DNA of 63,646 nucleotides, filler included, from Chrysochromulina tobinii (lineage: Eukaryota), in assembly GCA_001275005.1 (NCBI GenBank). It is 4 parts of 4 records of this genome, joined end to end, with 100 filler letters (N's around TTAATTAATTAA, not from the genome) between each part and the next. Parts side by side here need not be neighbours in the genome. Positions count along the whole stretch, not along the records: positions 1 to 11,618 come from JWZX01000760.1; 3 more parts are not named here. One strand, 5' to 3'. Of this stretch, positions 1 through 10,546 are shown piece by piece; the first letter of the stretch is position 1, and every line of letters begins with the position of its first letter. Both the position numbers and the translations under genes were made by a program. The notes beneath the pieces were generated by a model. The model searched no databases, was not told where the DNA came from, and saw only the letters and a list, made by a program, of their open reading frames with translations.

Positions 1-780
1 AGAAGAGGCAATCAGAGGCAATCAGAGTCGTTCGGAGGCAATCAAAGGCAATCATCATAGGCAATCATCATAGGCAATCAGAGGCTAGAAGAAGCACTCA
101 GCGGCAATCAGCGGCAATCAAAGGCAATCAGATGCAATCGGAGGCAATCAGAGGCAATCGGAGGCAATCGGAGGCCATCAGAGGCAATCAGAGGCCATCA
201 GAGGCCATCAGAGGCCATCAGAGGCCAGAAGAAGCACTCAGCGGCAATCAACGGCAATCAAAGGCAATCAGAGGCAATCGGATGCAATCAGAGGCAATCA
301 GAGGCCATCAGAGGCAATCAGAGGCAATCAGAGGCCAGAAGAAGCACTCAGCAGCAATCAGAGGCCAGAAGAAGCACTCAGCGGTAATCAGCGGCAATCA
401 GTGGCAATCAGAGGCAATCAGAGGTAATCAGAGGCAATCATATGCCATCAGAGGCAATCAGAGGCCAGAAGTGGCAATCAGAGGTAATCAGAGGCAATCA
501 GAGGCAATCAGAGGTAATCAGAGGCCAGAAGAAGAAATCAGAGGCAATCAGGGCCGGAAGTAGCACTCAGCGGTAATCAGAGGCAATCAGAAGCAATCAG
601 AAGCAATCATCGGATGCAATCGGATTCCATCAGAGGCAATCAGAAACCCTCATCTAGGCAATCAGATGCAATCACAGGCAACCATATCCACTCAGAGGCA
701 ATCAAAGGCAATCAGAGGCAATCATCGCAGGCAATCATCGCAGGCAATCATCGCAGGCAATCATCCGAGGCAGCCATCAG
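1..780. repeat. Degenerate 10-bp tandem satellite (GAGGCAATCA / TGATTGCCTC)n
   Basis: Dozens of GAGGCAATCA variants (GAGGCCATCA, GCGGCAATCA), changing to a 13-mer GCAGGCAATCATC near 720-765. The same unit occurs inside introns elsewhere in the window. Confidence 0.95.
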
Positions 781-807
781 CCCACGAGTGCGGACTTTGG
801 TCAACGC

Positions 808-1599
808 CTAGTTGGTCGCAGGCCTGTGGTCGGGCAGCGCCTTGGGGGGGTCGAAGACCATCACACGCCCTCCAGAGAAGCCCGGCGGACTCTCGTGCAC
901 CGAGTTCGTGCGCGTGTAGATGGCGCCGTCGTGGGCGTATAGATGGCGCCGTCGGCGGTCTTGATGCGCGCGTCGGGGCTCACCTGTGGGGAAGAGGGCG
1001 GGAGCGCCGTAGTGGGCACTTGCATGCAAGGCTGGGGGCGCATCGGCGCTCACCGAGAACTTGTTGTGCGGGCAGATCGCCGCCAAAGGACGCCACATTC
1101 CCGTTTGGTGGTAAGTAGTCTTTGATCGCGTTCAGGTAGTTGCCGTCCATGTAGTCCGTCACACGTTGCTGTACAGGTTGCCACAGTACCCGCACGGCTC
1201 ATCGCCCAGGTATGGACCGCGCCGTGGTTGGCGCTTGCATGCAGGTTGCCATGGTACCCGCACGGCTCAACGCCCAGGTATGGACCGCGCCGTGGTGGGC
1301 GCTTGCATGCAGGTTGCCATTGTACCCGCACGGCTCATCGCCCAGGTATGGACCGCGCCGTGGTGGGCGCTTGCATGCAGGTTGCCATGGTACCCGCACG
1401 GCTCGTCGTTCGAGTAGCGCAGCATCACGAGGTTCACAGCCGCGCCCACGCCCTCGCGCCGCCGCGTCACTTCGCCGCCGCCCTGCGCCACGAACGCGAC
1501 AAAGCCCGCGCGCGATAAGGTGCGATCCACCAGCGCAAAGGGGCCGCCGCCAACGGACAGCGCGCCCGCAGGCAGCACAGCTGGCAGGCTGGAAGCCAA
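808..1599 (-). pseudogene. Probable disrupted gene of unknown function
   Basis: Protein-like segments (LRYSNDEPCGY / TDYMDGNYLNAIKDYLPPNG / WRPLAAICPHNKFSVSPDARIK / DGAIYTRTNSVHESPPGFSGGRVMVFDPP) lie in different frames. GT-AG intron at 1053-984; 61-bp tandem array at about 1174-1405. Confidence 0.35.
1174..1405. repeat. About 61-bp tandem repeat (3-4 copies) containing TTGCATGCAG
   Basis: Unit CAGGTTGCCATGGTACCCGCACGGCTCATCGCCCAGGTATGGACCGCGCCGTGGTGGGCGCTTGCATG repeated with few substitutions. Confidence 0.9.
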
Positions 1600-1604
1600 A
1601 CGCC

Positions 1605-1715
1605 CAGCCGTTGGTGGTGGTGTTCACAGCCGTTGGTGGTGGTGTTCACAGCCGTTGATGGTGGTGTTCACAGCCGTTGGTGGTGGTGTTCACTGCTGTT
1701 GGTGGTGGTCTTCAC
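1605..1715. repeat. About 22-bp minisatellite CAGCCGTTGGTGGTGGTGTTCA x4-5
   Basis: Direct tandem copies visible in the sequence. Confidence 0.9.
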
Positions 1716-2669
1716 GGTACGCCTCCGACTCTACCGCCCACGGGGGTTGCAAGCACCGCCCAGCCCGCGCCGCCGCCTCCGCCCTCGGGGGGAGCAAAGA
1801 CCGCCAAGCCCACGCCTACGCCTCCGAACACGTCCTCCACGGGGAGCACGTACGCGGGGCAGGGCAGCGACAGCACGTCCGGCAGGCCGCCAGAGGACGT
1901 GAGGTAGAAGGAGTCACCAACGGCACGCCCGTCACGGGGTCGACTGCCCCCGATCGGACGAGGCATGCGGCCAGCGACTCCCCTGCTGTCTCGGTGAGCG
2001 GCAGGCACACGCGCACGCACACGTCCTCCGTCGTTGCATCGACGAGCAGCGCGCCTCGTGAAAGGTGGGGTTGGGTGGGTAGTCGCCGCAGTCCCCCACG
2101 CGGACGCAGGGGCCGCTCGCAAGTGGCACGCAAGGGCTCATGTCCGTGCGCACGACGAGCCGCGTGTCGTGTGACAGCGACGCGAGCGCGAGGAGGAGAG
2201 CAGAGAGAGCGAGGTGTGTGGCTCGTGTTCTCGCGTCTGAGGCAGAATGCGAGCGTGTGAACAGCATTGCGTGAACAAGAGACCAGAATTCACACGCACA
2301 CAGCTCTCGCATCGAGCAGCCACGCACGGCATCCCAGCAGTACGAATGGCGCTCCTCCACCTGCCGTCGATCCGCGTCGTACTGGGCGAGCGCCCGACGT
2401 AGAGGCTCGACATCCGCAAGAGGCAAGGCGGAGGTGGCCCACGAGCAGCGAAGGCGCTGAGACGGACGCGGCTGGATCTTGCGTGCGCGCTGTCTCGGGC
2501 GCGCTGTCTCGAGCGCGCTGTCTCGGGTTGGAAGCTTGGAACTTGTTAACAAGCTCGGAGTCGGCCGAGCGCGCCCGAGACAGCGCCGATCGCGCCCCCT
2601 ACCTCACTGTATCGGAAGCCCCATCGACGTGCCGGTGCCTCTCGAGCCACGCCAAGGTGAGTTCGAACG

Positions 2670-3737
2670 TTACCTTACTGCACCGGTAGCCCCATCGACG
2701 TGCCGGTACCTCTCGAGCCACGCCAAGGTGAGCTCGAACGTGGGCATGATGGCCCCAGCCACCGGGCCCGCGCGCAGCATCGTCGGCCAAAACCCTCGGT
2801 AGAAGCGCCGCACGCCGCCCTCGGCATGCAATCGGCGAGCGCACTCGAGCGCGCCCACGACGACGCGCCGTCCGCTCTCGGGCATGGCTGTCGCGGGCGC
2901 CGTCGTGAGCGCCGTCGTAAGCGCCGTCGTGGGCGCCGTCGTGGGCGCCGTCGCGGGCGCCGTCGCGGGCGCCATCGCGGGCATCGATGCGGGCACAGCC
3001 TGCAATGTGCATCGTACGAGGTCCACAGGGTACATGACGCCCCAGCAGATCAGGTTGGCCCCGGCACCCGCACACGAGCGCACCCACAGTGGCACTAGGG
3101 AGCCATCCGCTTCTCTCGAGCCCGCGACGGCGCCGGAGCCGCCGGCAGACCCAAAGGCGTGCTTCAGCCACGTGTACGACTGACGAGCGTCGTCTTGAGC
3201 GCCGTTCCTGGCGCCGGCGTGGGCACTTGCATGCAAGGCGTGCTTGAGCCACGTGTACGACGCCATGTACAGCCCTCGCGAGGCCTCAAAAGCAACCGTC
3301 GGTCCGAACCCCGCGTACAAGGTGCCACTCGCAGCGGCGGCTCGCACGGTGGCCAGCGTGCCCGTGCCGGCCGTCTGCTGCAGCACCTTGATGCGGCTGA
3401 GCGGGCACGTGAACGCCGAGATGCTCAGGCCGGCGATCGATCCGGCGAGACCGTCGCGAAGGAGCGGCCCGGCGTCTGGCCGCGCTCGCGAGATCCATCG
3501 GCGCGCATTCTCGAAAATCCCGAGGTTGAGCGCTTGCACAGCGCCCGACGTCGCAATCGGCATCGCAGCGCCTCTGTAGAGCACGCGGAGCGACAGCGCC
3601 TCGGGCCTTGCATTCGTCTGCGCAAAGACCTTGAGCGTGTCGAGCGGATGGCCAATGAGCTGGCCGATGGCGCCGGCGATCGATCCGGCGGCGAAGGAGA
3701 GAGGAGTGAAGGAGGAGGCGGCGTCATTCACGGCCAT
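2670..3737 (-). CDS. Mitochondrial carrier (SLC25) family protein, carnitine/acylcarnitine/ornithine carrier-like
   Basis: Three Px[DE]xx[KR]-type signatures (HPLDTLKV, CPLSRIKV, YPVDLVRC) and FYRGFWPTMLRAGP. Contains an 81-nt duplication-associated insertion at about 3180-3261. Start is either ATG 3737 or further upstream (ORF open to 3836). Confidence 0.85.
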   Translation of the reverse strand: MAVNDAASSFTPLSFAAGSIAGAIGQLIGHPLDTLKVFAQTNARPEALSLRVLYRGAAMPIATSGAVQALNLGIFENARRWISRARPDAGPLLRDGLAGSIAGLSISAFTCPLSRIKVLQQTAGTGTLATVRAAAASGTLYAGFGPTVAFEASRGLYMASYTWLKHALHASAHAGARNGAQDDARQSYTWLKHAFGSAGGSGAVAGSREADGSLVPLWVRSCAGAGANLICWGVMYPVDLVRCTLQAVPASMPAMAPATAPATAPTTAPTTALTTALTTAPATAMPESGRRVVVGALECARRLHAEGGVRRFYRGFWPTMLRAGPVAGAIMPTFELTLAWLERYRHVDGATGAVR

Positions 3738-3927
3738 TGTCAGTTCGCAAACACGACGATGTCTCGCTTGCTCAAGCTCTGTTTCACACCTGACTGCACT
3801 TGCGAAAAATACATGTAAGTCCGGCCGGGTCGTCAAGGGGGGACTGATTGCGAATCAATTAATTTGCGAGCGCGCGTGAAGAATTTGGGTTCGTCCGACG
3901 CGCATCGACGCCGCCGAGCGCCCATCC

Positions 3928-4905
3928 ATGTACAACCCTCCGATCTCTGGCAAGCCGAGCATCCAGCACGGGCACGAGATGCGCCGCTTCGCTGAGCAGG
4001 ACGCAGACGTCGACCCCATGGCGTATCCTTCGCCCTACAACAACGGCCTCAAGCCCAAGCGCGATCACCGTGGCAACCTGCCCGGCGGCAAGCAGAATGG
4101 CGAGTTGCAAAAGTACCAGATGTGCGAGACGCTTGAGGAGAAGGAGCACAAGCGCTGGCTGGCGCACAAGGACGCCGCGCTCGCGGCCACCTTCCCCAAG
4201 AGCCTCGAGCTCAACGGCATCAACATCCCGATCTTCAAGCTGCAGGAGCTCGAGACGATCAACGGAAAGATCCTGAAGCAGCGCGCGCTCAACATGCGCG
4301 ACCTGATCACGGCAACCAAGAGCCGGTTCTTCGACGAGTACCCCGACCTGCAGCTCAACCCTCACTCGCCCGAGGTCGTCCTGCACAAGTGGTTCATCGA
4401 GGTGCAGGTGAGGCTCGCGCAGGCCACCGGCTGGGACGACTTGGACCATGCCGCCTTCGGCGCGACGACGCAGCCCGCGCTGTGGGAGCGCGCGCCCGAG
4501 CTCTCGGCCGCCGCGCGCCAGCAACGCGCAGAGCCCGCATGGTCGCAGCATGGCATCAACGACGGCAAGCAGCCGGGCGCTCCGTCGGGTGCACCGTTTG
4601 TCCCCTCCAAGACCTTCCAAGGGGCGAGGGCGGGAATGGTCTTCAAGAATGGGGCACAGGGCGTCGGGTACTACGCGGACGCCCTGCGCGCACGCGACGC
4701 GGCGCAGGTGCCCGCTCGCGACTTCCCGTGGTCGCAGCACGAGGTCGCGCGCAACGACGACCGTCCTCGATCAGGTGCGCTCCAGGGCTTTTCGCTCGTG
4801 CCCCCTCACTTGCAATCGGGCGGGAACGACATGATGGGCGGCCGTTTCGATGACGCGGCGCACATCCGCAATCGTGGGCACAGCTCCTCCTTCGTGATGG
4901 GCTGA
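3928..4905 (+). CDS. Hypothetical protein (325 aa)
   Basis: ATG-started ORF with strong GC3 bias and non-repetitive composition; contains the motif FQGARAGMVFKNGAQGVGYYAD. Confidence 0.75.
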   Translation: MYNPPISGKPSIQHGHEMRRFAEQDADVDPMAYPSPYNNGLKPKRDHRGNLPGGKQNGELQKYQMCETLEEKEHKRWLAHKDAALAATFPKSLELNGINIPIFKLQELETINGKILKQRALNMRDLITATKSRFFDEYPDLQLNPHSPEVVLHKWFIEVQVRLAQATGWDDLDHAAFGATTQPALWERAPELSAAARQQRAEPAWSQHGINDGKQPGAPSGAPFVPSKTFQGARAGMVFKNGAQGVGYYADALRARDAAQVPARDFPWSQHEVARNDDRPRSGALQGFSLVPPHLQSGGNDMMGGRFDDAAHIRNRGHSSSFVMG

Positions 4906-5165
4906 TGAGCCGCGCCGTACTGTATTGACCGTTCACACACATCTCCCCTGGCGCCGTTGGCTGGCGCTTCGGAGTTCGGACGGGTGGAAATGGTGTGACT
5001 TCGCGCGCCGCGGCGTGCGGCTGCGGCGATCTGCGTCTTGTCTGTCTAGTTCCCGTGCGTGCTTTGGGTTCCGAGAGTAAGTTTGTGAGTTAGTGCCACG
5101 TATGAAAATTTGAACGAATCTGACGGAACTGGCCAAAAGTATCAAGTGTTTGTGTGATCTCCACG

Positions 5166-6224
5166 ATGAAGCTTACGGTCGTGGACGCGCTTCATTCGAC
5201 GCAGGCGCCTGTGCTGCTCGACATCGACGAGCGCACGACGCTCGCCGAGTGCCGTGCGATGGCGCTCTCGCTGCCGCTCGCGAGCTGCGAGCGCGCCGTT
5301 GCTGGCATGGCCCTGTGTCTCTGTCACGACGGCCGGCTGCTCGAAGCCGCCGACGAGGAGGGCGTGACGCTCGCGGAGCTCGGCGTGCTCGACTTGCCGG
5401 TAGTGGTGCTCGTCGCGCGACGTGCACCCACAGAAGGGCCGACTTCCCACGCCGCAAGAGACAGGCCGACGCCACCACCTCGGGAGCGCGTGCAGCCTCC
5501 CCGGCCGCCTGAGCCACATCCGCCGCGTCCGCCGCCGCTGCCGCTCGAGCCGCCCGCAGACGCTGCGTGCCGCATCTGTTTCGGCGCGGCATTCGAGAAC
5601 GGCGCGGGCAAGCTCATCGCACCCTGCCTTTGTTCGGGCTCGAGCGCGTACGTGCACGTGAGCTGCTTGAACGAGTGGCGGGCCTCGAGCGCGAACCCGC
5701 GATCGTTTTACCGGTGCGACCAGTGCCACTACGAGTACAACGTGACGCGCACGGAGTGGGCCGCGTGGCTCGAGAGCGAGCGCACCGCGCGCGCAGCCAC
5801 GGCCCTCCTCCTCGTGCTTTCCACCGCGCTGCTTGCATGCATTCTAGGTCCCCTGCATGTGGAGCAGCGCTTCTACCGCATCGTCTCCTTCGATCCGCAG
5901 CTGGCCAGCAGCTCGGGTGAGTGGCTTGCGGCCTACTGGGACTGGCCAGCCGATTTTATCGTTGCCGGGCTGCTGGGCGTCGCCGCCGTCGGCCTCAGTG
6001 TCTCCATACGCGATGCGTATGTGGCCAACCGGCACATGCAGCAGCAGAGTTGGCTGTATGCCTTTGCATCGGCGCTGCTGTCGAATGACGAGCGGATCTT
6101 GCGCGTGTTTGCGCTTCTTGGGCTACTGCATGCGGGCAAGGTCGTGCTGCGGAACGTTGAGGCCGTCGCCAAGAGCATCCTTACCAAATTTGGGACGCGC
6201 ATCTTGGAACCACAGCGCAGCTGA
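5166..6224 (+). CDS. RING-CH (MARCH-like) membrane E3 ubiquitin ligase
   Basis: CRICF...LIAPCLCSGSSAYVHVSCLNEW...CDQCHYEY fits the RINGv C4HC3 pattern and is followed by hydrophobic helices. The N-terminus may be ubiquitin-like. Confidence 0.88.
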   Translation: MKLTVVDALHSTQAPVLLDIDERTTLAECRAMALSLPLASCERAVAGMALCLCHDGRLLEAADEEGVTLAELGVLDLPVVVLVARRAPTEGPTSHAARDRPTPPPRERVQPPRPPEPHPPRPPPLPLEPPADAACRICFGAAFENGAGKLIAPCLCSGSSAYVHVSCLNEWRASSANPRSFYRCDQCHYEYNVTRTEWAAWLESERTARAATALLLVLSTALLACILGPLHVEQRFYRIVSFDPQLASSSGEWLAAYWDWPADFIVAGLLGVAAVGLSVSIRDAYVANRHMQQQSWLYAFASALLSNDERILRVFALLGLLHAGKVVLRNVEAVAKSILTKFGTRILEPQRS

Positions 6225-6894
6225 ACCGAACTATAAAACCGAACGTCCGCACAACCGAACGATGATATGATTATATGAGAAAGTACACGTGTTGATGGAC
6301 AGTTATACTGGACGACGCAGATTCCCCCATGTGCACGCTCTCACGAGACACGTCAGTGCACGCCCAACGCTGCGAGCCGCTTCGTGATCAGCAGCTGAGC
6401 AGCGGTCGCGGACACCACGTGCGCTTCAAAGCAATTGACAAGACCGTCGAGACGCACTTCGAGCCGCTGCATCGCCGACTCGGCTGCGCTTAGCCGCTCG
6501 GACACCGCTTCGTTCTCAGCCGCGTGGCGCACGCGCTCGTGGCCCACCGCCTCCACCTCCTGCCGAGAGGGCAATCCCTTGCTGCGCTGATGCTGCTTGC
6601 TCGGACCGTTTGGGAGCCATGGCGGCTGGACGGCGGCTGAGCCGCCCGCGCACCTGGGCTGATGCTTTGGTCGTTGCTCGGCCATCGCGGTGAAGCTGGA
6701 GTACTCGAAGGTGGAGGGCATGTGGCGCGAATGCCGTAGAACGCGCGGTATCGCGCGCGGGGAGTGTGGACGCGCGGGAGTTTGTGTGACAACAGGAAGA
6801 CGGCGTGAAGAGGTTTTGCAACAGTCAATCGCAACCAGAAAAAGGTGGCAGTTACAAAAGATGACAGGTCTCGTTGTTTTTTGCATGTATGGTG

Positions 6895-8574
6895 ATGGGA
6901 GTTCCTCGATCGCCGAGACGTTCGCCGGCTTGGATCCAGGAGGACCATGACTCAAGGACGAGTGCGCGAGCACCTCGATCGCCGCCTCCGGGAGGCATCC
7001 GCCTTGCCATCCATGAGTGGCAGACAGGCGAGGCTGAAGATGGAGCTGAGCGTGGGAAGACGTGTGAACTGCCTACGCTCGCATCACCGTCCACCGGTCG
7101 AATTTTCGGCGATTCGCCGCGCTCGTACACCTCCAGTATGCGGTTCTCGCCAGAGTCTCCACGGCAGTTCTCGCCACCCATGAGTGCGGCGCTCAGGAGC
7201 TTCCGTGGCGAGGTGCCACAGCCGCGCGAGTGTGCCTCTCCGCGGCTGATGATCAAACCCAGTCCGCGCATGGTATCGCCGCGCGAGCGGCAGCGCATGA
7301 CGCACACCGTGGGCGCACTTCAGGCCGTCCAGTGGCCGCCGGGTGACGACGTGCGCTGGGGCCCTTCGCTCTACCCGCCGTTCCAGATCCCGTCGATCGA
7401 CAAGCCGGAGGTGAACGTGTGGGCAGAGTCACCGCACCATGAGCCGGCAGCGGCGCGCGAGGCGGCAGCGGCGGCGACGGCGATGCCATTTGCGACCAAG
7501 CTCGAGCTCGCCCTCAATCTCGGGGCGGAGGAGCAGTTTCGTCAGTTTGTGCAGGCGCAGGCGGAAGCCCCGCCGTCGCGCGGTTTCGTCAGTTTCGTCA
7601 GTTCGTGCGGCGCGGCGGAGCAGCCGGAGCAGCCGGTGGCGGCGCGATACCGGTGCCAAGATTGGGATGTGGACCTCGCCATCGGGCCAGCGAGGAGGGA
7701 GCCGTCAGCGCTCCGCTGGGAGCCCTGCGAGGCGTTGCGCTCGAGGGCGTCGCATCGAATGGAGGCGCGAGATCGCGAGATCGAGCGAGGTCGCGAGCTC
7801 AGGGAGGACGTTCGTCGTGTGGCCGAGGCGGACGCATGGGCACGCGGATCCCCCCAGCAGCCCCTCGCCTCGCCGTCCGCCGCTCGGCGCGACGCGTTGC
7901 CGCTCGTCGTGGATCCCTTGGCCTCGCCGATCTACAGCTGGCCTCCGACGCCCTCCGGCCTCAACGGCCTGCCGTCCGATCGACGGCTGGTGAGCGCGCG
8001 CGGGCAGAACGAGCACGAAGCTCGGGCGGCGCTGCTGCGTGCCGTGGCCGACGAGACCGCACGCGAGCTCCAACGGCTGCACGAGCGCTCAGTGCACGCC
8101 CAAGAGGAGCTTCGTCATTTGGAGGAGCGAGAGCAGGCGTGGTGGGCGTGGTACCACCAAATGAAAGGGCCGGCGCTCCAGCGGCGTGCGCAACAAGAAG
8201 CTCGCGAGGAGGCCGCGGCGGAGGCGCACGCTCGCCGGCTGCAGCAAGAGAAGCTAGCCGCCAAGGAGGCGGCGCGTCGTGAGGCCGCCGAGGCGCGGGA
8301 GAGGGCAGTCGCCGCCGCCGCCGCAGCGGATCGAGCACGCAAAGAGGCGGAGGCGAGGGACAAGGCCGAGAAGGAGAAGCAGCGACTGGCCGCAGAGCTC
8401 GCTGAAAAGGAACGGGTGCGGCGGCAGGCCGAGGAGCAGGCTGACAAGGAGAGGCTCGTGCGAGAGGCAAAGGAGAGGCAAAGGGCGCGCCAAGAGGCGG
8501 CGGCGAACCGACCGCCAGAGCGCGAGTCTGAGTTGATCGTCAAGGTCGACGGCAAGGAGGTGATCCGATGGTGA
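6895..8574 (+). CDS. Hypothetical protein with SP-rich N-terminus and E/R/A/K coiled-coil C-terminus
   Basis: Long ORF (about 560 aa) with a charged heptad-rich tail; start uncertain. Confidence 0.6.
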   Translation: MGVPRSPRRSPAWIQEDHDSRTSARAPRSPPPGGIRLAIHEWQTGEAEDGAERGKTCELPTLASPSTGRIFGDSPRSYTSSMRFSPESPRQFSPPMSAALRSFRGEVPQPRECASPRLMIKPSPRMVSPRERQRMTHTVGALQAVQWPPGDDVRWGPSLYPPFQIPSIDKPEVNVWAESPHHEPAAAREAAAAATAMPFATKLELALNLGAEEQFRQFVQAQAEAPPSRGFVSFVSSCGAAEQPEQPVAARYRCQDWDVDLAIGPARREPSALRWEPCEALRSRASHRMEARDREIERGRELREDVRRVAEADAWARGSPQQPLASPSAARRDALPLVVDPLASPIYSWPPTPSGLNGLPSDRRLVSARGQNEHEARAALLRAVADETARELQRLHERSVHAQEELRHLEEREQAWWAWYHQMKGPALQRRAQQEAREEAAAEAHARRLQQEKLAAKEAARREAAEARERAVAAAAAADRARKEAEARDKAEKEKQRLAAELAEKERVRRQAEEQADKERLVREAKERQRARQEAAANRPPERESELIVKVDGKEVIRW

Positions 8575-8833
8575 GCGATGTTGACGCGTGACGGGTCCGT
8601 ACGAGGTCAGCCGGAGAGACCGGAGACGCCCTCCTGAAGCAGAGCCTCAAAGACGATCACCGTACGCGAAACCACAAGGACGCGAATCCTATGACTTTTC
8701 CATGTTTGCCAAAACCGAACCCGTAATTTCGTTTAGAAAATTCCCCGCGGCTTCCGAGCGACTTCGTCTCTTCGCCGTCGCCGCCCGATCGTCCCGGCCC
8801 CCCCTCCTCCGCTTGCCTCCTGCAGCCATCGTG

Positions 8834-10546
8834 ATGGTGGCATGGCGGCGCGCACGAGAGCAAGCCGCGCGACTCAGCACCATCGCTGCCAGACAACACT
8901 TGCCCATCGCCCCGACCGGCTGGCTCGGTCCACGCGGGAACTTTGCTCCGCCGGGCGCTGCCGACCCTTTCCTCAATGTTGCCAAGTGCGACAAGACGCT
9001 CTTCACGTCGGCTCCGGGCCTCATCAACCTGGACACGGGTGCCCCATGCGCGCATCTGCTGGCACAAGGAAAGGCGATCTTAGCGCGCGGGATGACACGC
9101 TGGGCCGAGGAGTCGTGCCATTCGAGCATGCAGTACGGCCCGACGCAGGGCACTGCGTCCTTCAGGAGAGCGCTGTCGAAATTCCTCTCGGCCGAGTACG
9201 GCCCCATGGCAAGCACGCACCCGGACGGCTTGATGCAGACCAGCGGCGCGACTCATGGACTGGCGCTCGCGCTGACGACCTTTTTTGGCCGGAAGCGAGC
9301 CGGAGAAAAGGTGGCCTTCATCGAGGACCCAAGTTACTTCCTTGCGCCCAACATGTTTCGGGAGCAAGGCTTCGAGCTCGTCCCAGTCGCACTCAAGGGC
9401 TCCGAGGGTTTGGACCTCGACCTGCTCGAGAGCGCCGTGTTGGCCGCCCGTGAGCGAGGACAGCTCAGCCCTCCGAGCACATCGGATCCGCTCGCTTTCT
9501 CGGCGGTCGTGTACACGATCCCCTCATTCCACAACCCGACCGGCGCGACGATGCCCGCCGCGTCGCGCCAACGGCTCGTGCAGCTCGCACGAGATCACAA
9601 TCTCCTCATCGTGAGCGACGACGTGTACGAGCTCCTCCACCACAAGCATGATCCCTCGCGCCCGCCTCGCCTCGCCTGGTTCGATCGGCAGCTCGATCAC
9701 GGAGGCATGCACGTGCTCGGCAACAGCACCTTCTCCAAGATCCTCGGGCCCGGAGTGCGCGTCGGCTGGATCGAGTCCCACCCGGCGATCATCGAACGGC
9801 TCTCGAACTCAGCGACCGTCTCGTCGTCCGGCGCCAGTGCGCAGCTGATGGGCTCGGTGCTGGAGGCTGCGATGGCAAGCGGCGATCTGACGGGCATGCT
9901 CTTCACGACGCGACAGCTGCTCGCACGGCGCACGGCTGCCGTGCAAGCTCGCTTCGAGCAGGTGCGTGTGGCTGCTTGAGGCCCTCTGTGATTGCATGCT
10001 GATTGCCTCCCTCATCAGCTGGGTGTCTGCCGCTGATCGCCGCTGATCGCCTCTGATCGCCTCTGATGGCCTCTGAGTGCCTCTGAGTTCCTGAGGTTAC
10101 CACTGATGGCCATCTGAGTGCGTCTGATCGCGCTCTCGTTGGATCAGGTGGCGCCCCCAGGGTGCTCGCTTTCCCATTCCGACGGGGGGATGTGCATGTG
10201 GCTCACACTGCCCGCCCACGTGGATGCGCACGCCGTACTCGTCGCGGCGCGAAAGCGCGGCGTCTCCTTCAAGCCTGGGGACCTCTTCTCTTCCAAAGAA
10301 GGCAGCCGAGCCTTCCGCAACCATTGCCGCATCGTCGTCGCGCACTACCCCGAAGAGACGCTCACGCGAGGGCTGAGCATCTTGTGCGATGTAGTGAAGG
10401 ACTGTACGGGGGCGCCGGCGTTGGGCGTGACGGCACCGTTCACAGCCCAGGAGGCACCGTTCGCAACCCAGGGCGAGCGCAACCATAGGTCACAGCTATC
10501 CGCGCCGGAGGAGCTCGAGTTTGAGGCGTGCTCCATGGGGCTTTGA
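8834..10546 (+). CDS. PLP-dependent class I/II aminotransferase (2-aminoadipate transaminase/Aro8-like); exons 8834-9961, 10148-10546
   Basis: Motifs QYGPTQG, EDPSY, YTIPSFHNPTG, DDVY and STFSKILGPGVRVGW (PLP lysine). Removing GT-AG intron 9962-10147 restores FEQ|VAPPG...GGMCMWL...FKPGDLF...CRI. Confidence 0.88.

Noticed and set aside
132..811. ORFs with SEAIRGNQR repeats
   Set aside because: They are translations of the decamer satellite, with no evidence of being a real protein.
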